Assembly: GCF_002777425.1 (NCBI RefSeq)
Contig: NZ_MDVC01000059.1
Span: 7,802 to 39,801 of the forward strand
DNA length: 32,000 nt
Origin: Snodgrassella alvi
GTDB lineage: Bacteria; Pseudomonadota; Gammaproteobacteria; Burkholderiales; Neisseriaceae
Reading direction: 5' to 3'
Shown here: positions 9,682 through 19,238 of the stretch, in pieces
How positions within the stretch are numbered: the stretch's first letter is position 1
How the letters are laid out: each line of letters starts with the position of its first letter
Position numbers and translations under genes: made by a program
Notes under the pieces: generated by a model
Database searches by the model: none
What the model was told of the DNA's origin: nothing
The model's input: the letters and a program-made list of their open reading frames with translations, nothing else

Positions 9682-10536
9682 AACTATCCCTTTCGTTCAA
9701 ATAACACCAGCAGCAACTGCTGCACTTACTTTATCCCTAACGATTATAATTTACTTCGTTTCACCACATCACAAACTACATCAACTTTTGCATGAAAAAA
9801 CACAAACCAGCCGGATATCCCAGCCGCCCACAGCCAGTTAAATCATTACTTACCAAACCCTCCCCAGCCTGAATCAGGCATCAGTACAGGCACAATAGTA
9901 CCAGTCATCACCGGCCAAATAATCATAACAGATATCAGACTAAGCTAAAGACCACCACCTAAACCTGCAAAACAAGCCATCAACAGATGCGGGCATGAAA
10001 GCACGATAATCAGAGATACATAATCTCTTTATATAGCTTAGTTCCTGTCTTCGATATTTATTTCATATCATCAATTTAGTATTTCAGTATTTTCCAGTTT
10101 TAGTGTGCGCTTTTTTTGCATCGATATTATCAATGAATTATTTATTTGTATTTGCAAAACCCCAGAAAATATAATGACATTATAATTAATTATTCCTGAT
10201 AAAATTCAAAAAATAGAAGTCATAGCAGCTTTTACCGTCGGCAAAGAACAGAATTAAATCGAAGTTAAAAAACATTTCATTAAAAGCTTTAATGATTATC
10301 CTGATTAAAGCAATTATTTTTCAAACAACCTGAATGCTATGGCATCAATCTTTTTTATTCATTTGGCATTTAACAGCATACTCTCATAATGAAAAAATTT
10401 TATACACCATTGCTTTTGCTTTTCTTGCTTAATACACTTTATATTGATATACAAAGTCAGAAATAGGATTCAAATACCAGATACAGCCATAAATTCAACA
10501 AACTAATCAAATAGTTGTATAGCATATAGCTAATTC

Positions 10537-10583
10537 CAAAAAAAGAACCTGAATAGCTTGTACAGCCAATTCAGGTTCTTTTT
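10537..10583. terminator. Bidirectional stem-loop downstream of the lipoprotein gene
   Basis: The arms aagaacctgaat (10543-10554) and attcaggttctt (10569-10580) form a 12-bp perfect stem. It is flanked by an A-run on the left and a T-run on the right. It lies ~120 nt from the lipoprotein stop codon. Confidence 0.55.
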
Positions 10584-10701
10584 CCACATCTATATCTTTT
10601 TTAATCACCGTATACCGGCCTGTAAACTTCCTGATAAAAGAACAGTTCCGTTTGTATTCCGGTTGCCACTGCAATTAAAAGAAAATCGTCATCTGAAACG
10701 A

Positions 10702-12117
10702 CTACAGATTGGCCAGTGTCCTGCTCATCTCATAAAAATCACCCCGCATTTGAGACCATAGATTGTCACGCGCCTGATCAAACTGCTCTTCCCGGCCAAG
10801 CAGTTTACCTTCAGTAAAAGCCGTATACTTTCTGGGCACATGGCCGTCAAACCAATAATAAGTCTGCGATGAGGAACTTTTTGCACTGTAGTGGCGGTTT
10901 AAGTTATATAGCCCGCTGGAATGCACTTCAGCCTCCATCACCGCCTCATTAACCGTCTTCACACTATATTGTTTGAAATAGAAATCCTCATAAACGGCCT
11001 GATCCACCATATTACCATTGTCATCAGCCACCTGTTTCGTACCCACCCGCAGATTTTCATGCTTGTCTCTGGTTTCAATATTCTCTTTATACTGCTGAAA
11101 ATGGCCACGAGTCATACTCACATCAATCACCAGATTAGCCGCGCTGGCACTGTTTACAAAACTCACATAATTCTTTTGCAGCGCAGAGCGAATTTGGTCA
11201 GCCAGATAGCTATTGCCGCGGACAAATATCTGTACCTGTCCCTTACGTGCATAAACATCAGCCAGTTTAGTCGCATTTTTATATGAATTACCATAAGGAC
11301 TGTATACCTCACTGGCCGCACTGAACAAACTGGCTGCCTCACGGTATTCACTCAAATGTTTTGCCTTGCGCACAATAGCCTGTGCCTGCTGATACTGGTT
11401 TTCTGCCTCAATAGTGCGCCATTTTTTTTCATAAATATCAGCTAGCTTAGCACTATCCTTATAATTACCTAAAGGCAGATAAACATCATGCGCCTTACGG
11501 AAATTTACTGCTGCCTGCTTATAATTACGCTCTCTCACATCTGCCTGCGCCTCAGCATAAAATTCCTGTGCAGCAGTTTTATAATACAGCTTCTGATTAT
11601 CCTCAGCGCGCTTATAGATATCTTTATAATTAAAATATTCATAGCCCTGACGATATAGCTTGGCCTTGCGTAGATAGTCACTACTATTAGTCGCCACAAT
11701 GGCACTGGCCTGCTGGTAAAACTGTATTGCCAGAGATTCCTTCAGCCCGTCCACCGTATACAGGCCTAAATATTGCTCAATAAAAGCACTGTAGCTTTTT
11801 TCTTCCAGCTCAGTTTTCAGCGCCAACAACAACTGATAGTTCTTAATCCGTGTATCATAATCCGCCGCCGCAGCCTGCTGAATATTTTTCTGTGCCATCT
11901 GGGTCAGGCTGCCGACTGTAGCCTGCAAATACAGAATATCCTTGTCTTTCCAGGGTTTATTCTGCTGTTTCAGCTTCTGGCTTTTCGCATTGAAATTGGT
12001 GGCCAGAATTTTCACGCCGCCGATATAATCGCCGGTTTTAAACTTGTCTTCCGGCTTAACCGGCAACACACAACTTGCTAAAAACAAACATAAAAATACC
12101 AGTAAAAGTTTCCTCAT
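10702..12117 (-). CDS. Lipoprotein with internal TPR-like repeats, function unknown
   Basis: The ATG start has GAGGGGA upstream. The signal peptide MRKLLLVFLCLFLASC carries the lipobox L-A-S-C (Cys16). Two clearly related ~34-aa units occur at aa 199-232 and 258-292. Confidence 0.75.
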   Translation of the reverse strand: MRKLLLVFLCLFLASCVLPVKPEDKFKTGDYIGGVKILATNFNAKSQKLKQQNKPWKDKDILYLQATVGSLTQMAQKNIQQAAAADYDTRIKNYQLLLALKTELEEKSYSAFIEQYLGLYTVDGLKESLAIQFYQQASAIVATNSSDYLRKAKLYRQGYEYFNYKDIYKRAEDNQKLYYKTAAQEFYAEAQADVRERNYKQAAVNFRKAHDVYLPLGNYKDSAKLADIYEKKWRTIEAENQYQQAQAIVRKAKHLSEYREAASLFSAASEVYSPYGNSYKNATKLADVYARKGQVQIFVRGNSYLADQIRSALQKNYVSFVNSASAANLVIDVSMTRGHFQQYKENIETRDKHENLRVGTKQVADDNGNMVDQAVYEDFYFKQYSVKTVNEAVMEAEVHSSGLYNLNRHYSAKSSSSQTYYWFDGHVPRKYTAFTEGKLLGREEQFDQARDNLWSQMRGDFYEMSRTLANL

Positions 12118-12465
12118 TTATATATCCCCTCAGCTATAAAAACAGGCATCTGGCAAAGAATAAACTGCATATTAACATTGACTAAAAAAACCGACAATCA
12201 ATACAGCTATTAGCCTCACTTCATTTTGCACCGATATAATTTCCCTATCCTAACACAGGAACAAGTCATCTGATGCGGCCAAAATCCCGACACCAAAATC
12301 TTCGCCACTAAACAGCAAAAGCCCTGTACGCATTCTAGTGAGATGAAATTAAGCTAAAATACAGACATCAGTGTAGCAAACAGGCTTGAAGACCTCCTCA
12401 ACAATCCACAGCCTGCGATAACAATTCATCGCACCTCTAGCTGTATCAGCTTAAGACAACAGATA

Positions 12466-13470
12466 ATGCTATTTAAAACAAAAAATCCATACTACAATCC
12501 GGCGAAAACCCACCATACACCCCATGGCTTCTGCAATCTGGAACCCACGGTTATCAAACAACTTGAAGTCTGGCGCTGGAGCTGGGAAAGGCGTGTTCAA
12601 CACCTGCCCAAACCACCGCAACAAGGCTATGAGTGCTTCGCTCACCACTGGCATCAGACACCAGACTTTACCCTCAGCGGCAATCGCCTGTGGTGGATTA
12701 GTCATGCCACATTGCTACTGCGTTTGCAGCAATGCACGATTATCACCGACCCAGTATTCTCCCAGCGGGTATCTCCAGTGACATTTGCCGGCCCGAAACG
12801 CCGCACCCAGCCGGCAGCCAGCATTGCCCAGCTTCCACCCATTGATGTTATTGTCTTATCACACAACCATTACGACCATCTGGACAAAGACAGTATCCGC
12901 CAGTTGGCTGCTCGTTTTCCGGCCATTACAGCCGTTGTGCCGCTAGGCCTGAAAAACACATTGCAAAAACTGGGCGTTAACAACGTAATTGAACTGGACT
13001 GGTGGGAGCAAGTAAGCATTAAAGATATTCAGTTCCATGCCGTACCGGCACATCACTGGAGCCAGCGCGGCATCTTCGATCGCAACCGTAGCCTGTGGTG
13101 TGGCTGGATAATGCAAACGCCTCAGGGCAGCAGTACTTATTTCAGCGGTGACACCGGTTTCAGCGAAATAATGTTCCGGCAGATAGCTGAACATTTTGCC
13201 CCCATAGACATGGCTGCCATCCAGATAGGTGCCTATGCGCCGCGCTGGTTTATGCACAATCAGCACATCGACCCACAACAGGCAGTATCTATTTTTAAAA
13301 TATTGCAATGTCGTCAGGCCGTTGGTATCCACTGGGGCGCTTTTGAGCTGGCCGATGAACCACTGGATGAACCACCACAACTGCTGGCCGCAGCCTGTGT
13401 ACAGCAGCAACTGGCTGCCTGCCGCTTTGAAAGTATCAAAATGGGAGCCAGCCGCCTCATTCCTGCCTGA
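12466..13470 (+). CDS. MBL-fold metallo-hydrolase (NAPE-PLD-like)
   Basis: The 334-aa product contains the HxHxDH motif as VLSHNHYDHLD. The N-terminal NPYYNPAKTHHTPHGF and the later GDTGF and HWG blocks are typical of this subfamily. Confidence 0.8.
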   Translation: MLFKTKNPYYNPAKTHHTPHGFCNLEPTVIKQLEVWRWSWERRVQHLPKPPQQGYECFAHHWHQTPDFTLSGNRLWWISHATLLLRLQQCTIITDPVFSQRVSPVTFAGPKRRTQPAASIAQLPPIDVIVLSHNHYDHLDKDSIRQLAARFPAITAVVPLGLKNTLQKLGVNNVIELDWWEQVSIKDIQFHAVPAHHWSQRGIFDRNRSLWCGWIMQTPQGSSTYFSGDTGFSEIMFRQIAEHFAPIDMAAIQIGAYAPRWFMHNQHIDPQQAVSIFKILQCRQAVGIHWGAFELADEPLDEPPQLLAAACVQQQLAACRFESIKMGASRLIPA

Positions 13471-13750
13471 TCTGACAGGAAACTTTGGCAGCGGAATATG
13501 ATTTTCAACAGAACTGGCCGGATAGCGAAATCATTCGTACCCAGCATATAGACCTTGCTGAAAGCAAGCATTTTATTTTACTGATAAAACCACAGTAAGA
13601 GAAACACTGAATCGAAAAGTTATCAGCGCGTATTGACCGAATAGACAGGCAAAAGCTAACTGGTCAGACAGATTGCACCCTAATAGAAAAATCCCGAATT
13701 AAACAGCTAAAACCAATCCCATTCAGCCTGAATAAAACTGGCTTTAACCT

Positions 13751-14398
13751 TCACACCTGATTACGTAAATCAGCCATCATACGATTAAATTCTTCACGAA
13801 AAGCAGGAGCAACATAGGGGCGCAACAACGTGAGCGTCTGGTATGTACCGCGAAATTTCGAGGCTTCAGTCAGCTTGCGCTCATACAGAGCATTATCATA
13901 GTCACACCAGTATTTGGTAATCAACCAGATATTAACCGCCAACTCCTTGCGAGCAATTTCATCTGTCTGAATAAACCCGATATTAGTTAGCTGTTGCAAT
14001 AGGTTTTGCAGCAATGGCGACACCTGTATCCGGGTGAAATTATTGTGTTCACCCAGCAGCTCGGCACTGCGCGATAACATCGCATTCAAATCACTAAACA
14101 AAAAACGGTATTTCCACATCACATCATAGACACCAAACATATAATTCTTAATGGCGTCCGTGTCCTGTGGCATTTTGGCCTGTTGCAAATAGCACAACAG
14201 TTCCTCACTGTAGCGCTTGAACAACTGCATAATAATTTCATCTTTATTACGAAAGTGATAATACAGATTGCCCGGACTGATACCCAGATAAGAAGCAATA
14301 TGATTGGTACTGGTATTACGCTCACCCTCTTCATTAAACAACTTCAGACTGGCATCAATAATACGATTATAAGTATTGGGGCGTGATTCTTTCACCAT
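13751..14398 (-). CDS. TetR/AcrR-family transcriptional regulator
   Basis: The N-terminal helix-turn-helix reads RIIDASLKLFNEEGERNTSTNHIASYLGISPGNLYYHFRNKDEI. The track start at 14437 is a TTG. I prefer the ATG at 14398 (MVKESRPN...). Confidence 0.85.
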   Translation of the reverse strand: MVKESRPNTYNRIIDASLKLFNEEGERNTSTNHIASYLGISPGNLYYHFRNKDEIIMQLFKRYSEELLCYLQQAKMPQDTDAIKNYMFGVYDVMWKYRFLFSDLNAMLSRSAELLGEHNNFTRIQVSPLLQNLLQQLTNIGFIQTDEIARKELAVNIWLITKYWCDYDNALYERKLTEASKFRGTYQTLTLLRPYVAPAFREEFNRMMADLRNQV

Positions 14399-14473
14399 AT
14401 TAATTTCTTTCAGATTATGCAGTGTTTTACCGCGCAAATCATACAGATAACATTTTCAGTAACTTGCCATACA

Positions 14474-15523
14474 TCAACTGGCCACCAGCGGCAGTGCTCG
14501 TGGCAGCCACACCGGTTCCGGCTCCAAGTGCACCTGAAAACGCTGTGCCACACATTCCTGAACATATTGTGCCAGCGCAACCACATCAGCGGCACTGGCC
14601 TGATTTTTATTCACGAGCACCAGCGCCTGCCGCTCATGCACCGCAGCACCGCCAAGCTGATACCCCTTCAAACCACACTGGTCAATCAGCCAGCCAGCAG
14701 CCAGCTTCACCTGTCCGTCAGGCTGCGGATAATGCGGTAAAGCTGGATACTGACTTAACAGTGTGGTCGCCAGCGCAGCCGGCACAACAGGATTTTTAAA
14801 GAAACTGCCGGCACTGCCCAGTACACGCGGATCAGGCAGCTTCTGCTGACGGATACGGCATACTGCCTGTGCTACCATAGTGGCCGTTAGCGTCTGTCCC
14901 TGAGCCAGTTCTGCCACCACCTGCGCCAGATCACCATAATGCAACTGCGGCGTAAAACTGCGCGACAGAGCAAACCGCACCGCCACAATCACATAACGTC
15001 CCTGTTCACCGTGTTTGAAAATACTGTCACGATAAGCAAAACAGCACTCAGCGCAGCTTAGCCAGCGCAGTTGCTGCGCTTCAAGGTCAAAACACTGCAC
15101 CGCCTCAATACAGGATCGTACTTCAACGCCATAAGCACCAATATTCTGTACTGGTGCAGCTCCTACCGTACCGGGAATCAGGCTGAGATTTTCCAGCCCG
15201 CACCAGCCCTGTGCCAGCGTATACTGCACAAATTCGTGCCAGTTTTCACCCGCAGCAGCTTCTACCACCACCCGCTCACCATCATCCGCCACCAGCCGGA
15301 TACCACGATTGGCCATACGTACCACCAGCGCCGGATAATCCTCACAAAACAGGATATTACTCCCGCCGCCCAGCCACAGCACACTTTGCCGGTCAAATTG
15401 TGGCAACGCCATAATGTCCGGCAACTGAGCACTATCATCTAGCGTTACCAGCCAGCGTGCGCGCACCGGCAGAGCAAAGGTATTTAATGGCTGTAAATCT
15501 GCATGTTCAACCACATCAATCAT
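14474..15523 (-). CDS. murB: UDP-N-acetylenolpyruvoylglucosamine reductase
   Basis: The 349-aa product has LQPLNTFALPVRARWL, LWLGGGSNILF, ENLSLIPGTVGAAPVQNIGAYG and GSAGSFFKNP blocks. Its ATG overlaps the norM TGA (ATGA). Confidence 0.92.
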   Translation of the reverse strand: MIDVVEHADLQPLNTFALPVRARWLVTLDDSAQLPDIMALPQFDRQSVLWLGGGSNILFCEDYPALVVRMANRGIRLVADDGERVVVEAAAGENWHEFVQYTLAQGWCGLENLSLIPGTVGAAPVQNIGAYGVEVRSCIEAVQCFDLEAQQLRWLSCAECCFAYRDSIFKHGEQGRYVIVAVRFALSRSFTPQLHYGDLAQVVAELAQGQTLTATMVAQAVCRIRQQKLPDPRVLGSAGSFFKNPVVPAALATTLLSQYPALPHYPQPDGQVKLAAGWLIDQCGLKGYQLGGAAVHERQALVLVNKNQASAADVVALAQYVQECVAQRFQVHLEPEPVWLPRALPLVAS

Positions 15524-16905
15524 GATTCTCTTTCAGCATGCGCCAGCGCAATTTTTTCACTTTGCCGGTGCAGATACCACACCAGCGCCACAGCCGCACC
15601 CGTTAATGCCAGTACCAACGCCAGCCAGAAACCATACAGCGCCATACCAAAATACAAACCAAATAAACAGCCAAAGCCCAGCCCCAGCCCCCAGAAACTG
15701 AATGCGTGAATCACCATCGGAATCTTGGTCAGCTTGTAGCCACGCAAAGCATACGAAGCAATTGTCTGTGTTGCATCCGATAGCTGGAAAACCGCCGCAA
15801 AAATCAGCAGCGTTCCACCCAGCAGAATCACTTCCTGATCAGCAGTATACAGACCCACCCAGAAATGCCGGAACAACAACAGCATCACCCCGGTGAAACA
15901 GGCGCCTAAAAGCCCCATGCTCAGCCCCACACCCGAAACAAAGCGGGCGCGCTGCCATTTACGCGCACCTACAGCCTGCCCAACACATACCGCCAGCGCA
16001 ATACCCACACTTTGCGGTAACATATAAAGCAGAGAAGTAATACTAATTACCACCTGCTGCGCGGCTACCTGAGTTACCCCGAAACGCGCAATCAGTAAGC
16101 TAATAAAAGTAAACAGGCTCACCTCAAGGAAAAACGACATCCCAATCGGAATACCCAGCCGCAACAGGGAACCCTGCAAGCGCCAGCGAGGCCAGTCAAA
16201 GCGCGCAAACAGTGCAAATGGTGCGAAATAGCGCTGGCGAAACACATAGATACCCAACACAATTGCATTAAACCAGAAACAGATAGCCGAAGCCAGGCCA
16301 CAGCCCGCCCCGCCCAGCTCCGGCATCCCATACTTACCATAAACAAAAACATAATTCAGCGGAATATTCAGCAACAGCGCAATCAGGCTCACCACCATAA
16401 TCGGTTTCGGGCGGTTTAAAGACGAAGCAAAGGCATAAAAAGCCCGATGAATCATCGCTGCCGGCATACCCAGCGCAATAAAGAACACAAACTGGCCAAA
16501 CACACCATTTACATACGTACCCATATTCAGCCAGCGCTGCATCGGCACGATCAGCGCCCACAACAGCAGCATACCCAGCACGCCCAGAAACAGCCCGAAC
16601 CACAGCCCCTGCCGCCCCTGCTCACCAATTTCCGTGGTTTTTCCGGCGCCATACAACTGCGCCAGTATTGGCTGCAACGCCGTCATCACCCCCAGAAAAG
16701 TAATATACAGAGTAATAAATACATTCGACCCCAAAGCCACCCCGGCCAGATCATTGGCACTGGCATGACCGGCCATCACCGTATCCACCACACCTACACC
16801 CACCTGCGCTGCCTGTGCGACAAGAATCGGCAACGCCAGCCGCAATAACCTGCGGCATTCAGCCAGCAGCTCACCGCGGCCATGCTGATTCAATTCAAAC
16901 AACAT
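15520..16905 (-). CDS. norM: MATE-family multidrug efflux transporter
   Basis: The 461-aa polytopic membrane protein has the N-terminus LLRLALPILVAQAAQVGVGVVDTVMAGHASANDLAGVALGS, which is characteristic of NorM. AGGTGA lies upstream of the ATG. Confidence 0.9.
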   Translation of the reverse strand: MLFELNQHGRGELLAECRRLLRLALPILVAQAAQVGVGVVDTVMAGHASANDLAGVALGSNVFITLYITFLGVMTALQPILAQLYGAGKTTEIGEQGRQGLWFGLFLGVLGMLLLWALIVPMQRWLNMGTYVNGVFGQFVFFIALGMPAAMIHRAFYAFASSLNRPKPIMVVSLIALLLNIPLNYVFVYGKYGMPELGGAGCGLASAICFWFNAIVLGIYVFRQRYFAPFALFARFDWPRWRLQGSLLRLGIPIGMSFFLEVSLFTFISLLIARFGVTQVAAQQVVISITSLLYMLPQSVGIALAVCVGQAVGARKWQRARFVSGVGLSMGLLGACFTGVMLLLFRHFWVGLYTADQEVILLGGTLLIFAAVFQLSDATQTIASYALRGYKLTKIPMVIHAFSFWGLGLGFGCLFGLYFGMALYGFWLALVLALTGAAVALVWYLHRQSEKIALAHAERES

Positions 16906-16997
16906 GTTTCACCTACAAACTTAAACAATACAAACAATAAAAGACGGCAAGCCGTCATAAACATCAGGCAGCGTGATGCCGCATAAATCACAACAAA

Positions 16998-17029
16998 ACA
17001 GGCTGCCTGAAATTCTTCAGACAGCCTGT
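16998..17029 (-). terminator. efp terminator built from an inverted pair of DUS-like 12-mers
   Basis: The arms are acaggctgcctgaa (16998-17011) and ttcagacagcctgt (17016-17029), giving a 14-bp stem with one C.A mismatch and a 4-nt loop. The minus strand continues with ttttgttgtgattt. The structure lies 16 nt after the efp stop codon. Confidence 0.7.
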
Positions 17030-17044
17030 CAGCAAGAAAATCAG

Positions 17045-17605
17045 TTAAGCGCGTTTGCGGAACTCAAAAGTACGTGAATCAATTTCCACCTTATCGCCAT
17101 TTTCAACATAAGCAGCCACCTGAATCTCGGCACCACCTACCAGACGAGCATTCTTCATTACCTTACCAGAAGTATCACCTTTTACCGCCGGCTCAGTGTA
17201 TTCCACTTCACGAACGATAATAGTAGGCAACTCCACAGAAATAGCGCGACCATCATAGAAAGTCACTTCACATTTTTCTTCCATGCCATCCACTATAAAC
17301 TTAATGGCATCACCAATGTTTTCAGCTTCCACTTCATACTGATTGAATTCATCATCCATGAAAACATACATCGGGTCAGCAAAATAGCTGTAAGTACACT
17401 GTTTGCGATCAAGTACTACCACATCAAACTTCTCATCGGCTTTATATACCGTTTCCGTAGCAGCACCCGTCAGCAGATTTTTCAGTTTCATTTTCACCAC
17501 GGCAGCATTACGACCGGATTTATTGTATTCGGACTTCTGCACCACCATTGGATCATTGCCCACCATAAACACATTACCCGGGCGCAATTCTTGTGCGGTT
17601 TTCAT
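17045..17605 (-). CDS. efp: Elongation factor P (Arg32 type)
   Basis: The product [47 protein letters not shown]... is near-identical in pattern to Neisseria EF-P. Arg32 sits in the KSGR loop. The track start at 17623 is a TTG, and the true ATG is at 17605. Confidence 0.95.
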   Translation of the reverse strand: MKTAQELRPGNVFMVGNDPMVVQKSEYNKSGRNAAVVKMKLKNLLTGAATETVYKADEKFDVVVLDRKQCTYSYFADPMYVFMDDEFNQYEVEAENIGDAIKFIVDGMEEKCEVTFYDGRAISVELPTIIVREVEYTEPAVKGDTSGKVMKNARLVGGAEIQVAAYVENGDKVEIDSRTFEFRKRA

Positions 17606-17649
17606 CTTTAATCTAACTTCCAAAAATGTTCAGCAAATAGATAAGTACA

Positions 17650-18849
17650 TTATTTTAGCGGAAGATGGCAGAATCTGGCTAGTTTTTCCAACGCACCATC
17701 CTGCGCATGCAGCATTTCAGACCACGCTGCGGCTGCTTTTACCCAATTTTGCCAGTCCGCACACAAATCCTGCCACGCCGCTACACGCCTTAACCCATCC
17801 AGACTGCCTGCCCCATTCAAATCATCCGACAACACCATAAAAGCCGCCCGCAATCCTGCTGGCCAACCTGCCGTAGCCTTGTTCCAGAATGCATGCAGCT
17901 TGTGCAGATGAGCATCATCATCCTGCCGGTAAATATGCCAGAAAAACGGCAACCCAGCCCATAAAGCACGCACAAAACTGTCCTCACCGCGCACAATCGC
18001 CGCATCAGCCAGCCACAGCAAGCGGTCAAAGGCCGCTTGCGGCACAAACGGAATGCGCACCAGCGTCAGCTTACCCACTACCCAGACATCGCCGTCCTGT
18101 TGCAGAGCATCTGGGGGGATTACCTGTTGAGCGCGCAAACTGTCTATCACCTGCCCCCCGGCCAGCCACAGCGTTATCGGCGTATCTGCCTGCTGCCACA
18201 TCGCCATCCATTGCGGCCAGCACACCGAAGCATAGGCAAACACCAGCCACAACTGGCCGCTATGCTGCAACGGCAAACCATACTGCTGCCTGAATGCCTG
18301 CTGTAGCAATGGCTGCTGCAAGAATGCAGCCCGCTCAGCCACATAATCAGCTTCACGCAACAAGCCACCACTGGCCGCATCAATGCCCATAAACCAAAAA
18401 TACTTTTCCAGCCCATTAGCTTGCAACGATGGCATAGCATGTAAATCCACCGCCCAGTCTTCTGCCGTCAGATATTCCCAGTTCAGCCATAATGGCCGGC
18501 ATTCAGTCATGCGTGCCAGCACCGCTGGCGGCAAATCACAGCCAAATGTCTCAATCACCAGCACCGGATCGGCAGCATCAGCCAGTTGCCGTTGCACCAC
18601 AGCCTCATCCTGCCACACTTCCACCATAATCTGCGCCTGATAGCCGGCGCGTTCCGGTACCAGCCTGTCCAGCGCATCCACATCATCAATCCACAAGCGT
18701 ACCCGCAAGCACAAATAATCTGCCAGCAGGCAGCTTAAGCGCCAGCCCACTCCCACATCACCAAAATTATCAATGACCCGCACAAATACCCATGCCTCAG
18801 TGGCCAAACCATCCGGCGATGCACACACAGGCAAATTCAGAGAATGCAT
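17650..18849 (-). CDS. earP: EF-P arginine-32 rhamnosyltransferase EarP (DUF2331)
   Basis: The gene lies immediately upstream of efp on the same strand, with a 44-nt gap. The N-terminal VIDNFGDVGVGWRL motif is typical of EarP. The ATG at 18849 has AAGGAA 7 nt upstream. I judge the track extension to 18948 spurious. Confidence 0.85.
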   Translation of the reverse strand: MHSLNLPVCASPDGLATEAWVFVRVIDNFGDVGVGWRLSCLLADYLCLRVRLWIDDVDALDRLVPERAGYQAQIMVEVWQDEAVVQRQLADAADPVLVIETFGCDLPPAVLARMTECRPLWLNWEYLTAEDWAVDLHAMPSLQANGLEKYFWFMGIDAASGGLLREADYVAERAAFLQQPLLQQAFRQQYGLPLQHSGQLWLVFAYASVCWPQWMAMWQQADTPITLWLAGGQVIDSLRAQQVIPPDALQQDGDVWVVGKLTLVRIPFVPQAAFDRLLWLADAAIVRGEDSFVRALWAGLPFFWHIYRQDDDAHLHKLHAFWNKATAGWPAGLRAAFMVLSDDLNGAGSLDGLRRVAAWQDLCADWQNWVKAAAAWSEMLHAQDGALEKLARFCHLPLK

Positions 18850-18900
18850 AAAAATTTCCTTACCAGCAGCATAACTTAACCCATCACCACCACTACCCGT

Positions 18901-18935
18901 CATTCTGTCAAGAGCAAAACAGACTTGACAGAATG
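18901..18935. repeat. Perfect 12-bp inverted repeat (cattctgtcaag / cttgacagaatg) with 11-nt spacer
   Basis: I read this directly from the sequence. Each arm contains TTGACA on one strand. It sits ~50-85 nt upstream of the earP ATG and abuts a perfect DnaA box. Confidence 0.6.
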
Positions 18936-18938
18936 ATT

Positions 18939-19147
18939 TTATCCACATGAATTAAATTTACAGCACCAAAGCGTGTAAAAAGATGAAACAGACTTACTCC
19001 AGTCTTATATATTTTTAAATATATGTTTTTAAAAGATTTAATTTTCAGGCTTATTTTTTAGGCAAGCACATACAAAGCTTGATTTTCAGGCAATTATCCA
19101 CGCACAACTTTCATTTTCCACAGATTTATCCACAAATATTGTGGGCA
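18939..19147. promoter_or_regulatory. DnaA-box cluster flanking an AT-rich tract
   Basis: TTATCCACA occurs at 18939-18947 (9/9) and TTATCCACg at 19094-19102 (8/9). TTtTCCACA occurs at 19114-19122 (8/9) and TTATCCACA at 19126-19134 (9/9). All four are in the same orientation. A weak inverted box tgtgggcat lies at 19139-19147. The interval ~18985-19060 is almost pure A/T. Confidence 0.6.
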
Positions 19148-19229
19148 TATCTTTAACCCCTTTAACAACAAGGTTTTTTACACCAAATCGTCCTCACAAT
19201 GAAAAATAATCAGAAACCAATGACTGCTA

Positions 19230-19238
19230 TGGTAAAAT
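19230..19238 (+). promoter_or_regulatory. Candidate extended -10 (TGgTAAAAT) for gyrA
   Basis: The element tggtaaaat lies 32 nt upstream of the gyrA ATG. I see no good -35 hexamer. Confidence 0.3.

Noticed and set aside
8434-9795. Plus-strand ORFs opposite pta (8434..8775, 9211..9795, 9219..9575), and similar ones opposite gyrA, murB, norM and earP
   Set aside because: They all overlap confidently identified genes on the other strand or in another frame. Their products are low-complexity (Q/H/P/S-rich) with no start context.
10389-10466. 25-codon ORF with signal-peptide-like sequence (MKKFYTPLLLLFLLNTLY...) in the AT-rich spacer
   Set aside because: In AT-rich sequence, short Lys/Leu/Phe-rich ORFs arise by chance. 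There is no RBS and no context.
10558-10761. 67-codon plus-strand ORF spanning the stem-loop and the 3' end of the lipoprotein gene
   Set aside because: It starts inside a terminator-like hairpin, overlaps the convergent lipoprotein gene, and has no RBS.
17606-17623. N-terminal extensions in the ORF track: efp to 17623, earP to 18948, tetR to 14437, thiG to 4212, thiS to 5611, and the last immunity gene to 31307
   Set aside because: The extended starts are TTG/GTG codons chosen as the longest ORF. Downstream ATGs with Shine-Dalgarno sequences and family-typical N-termini fit better.
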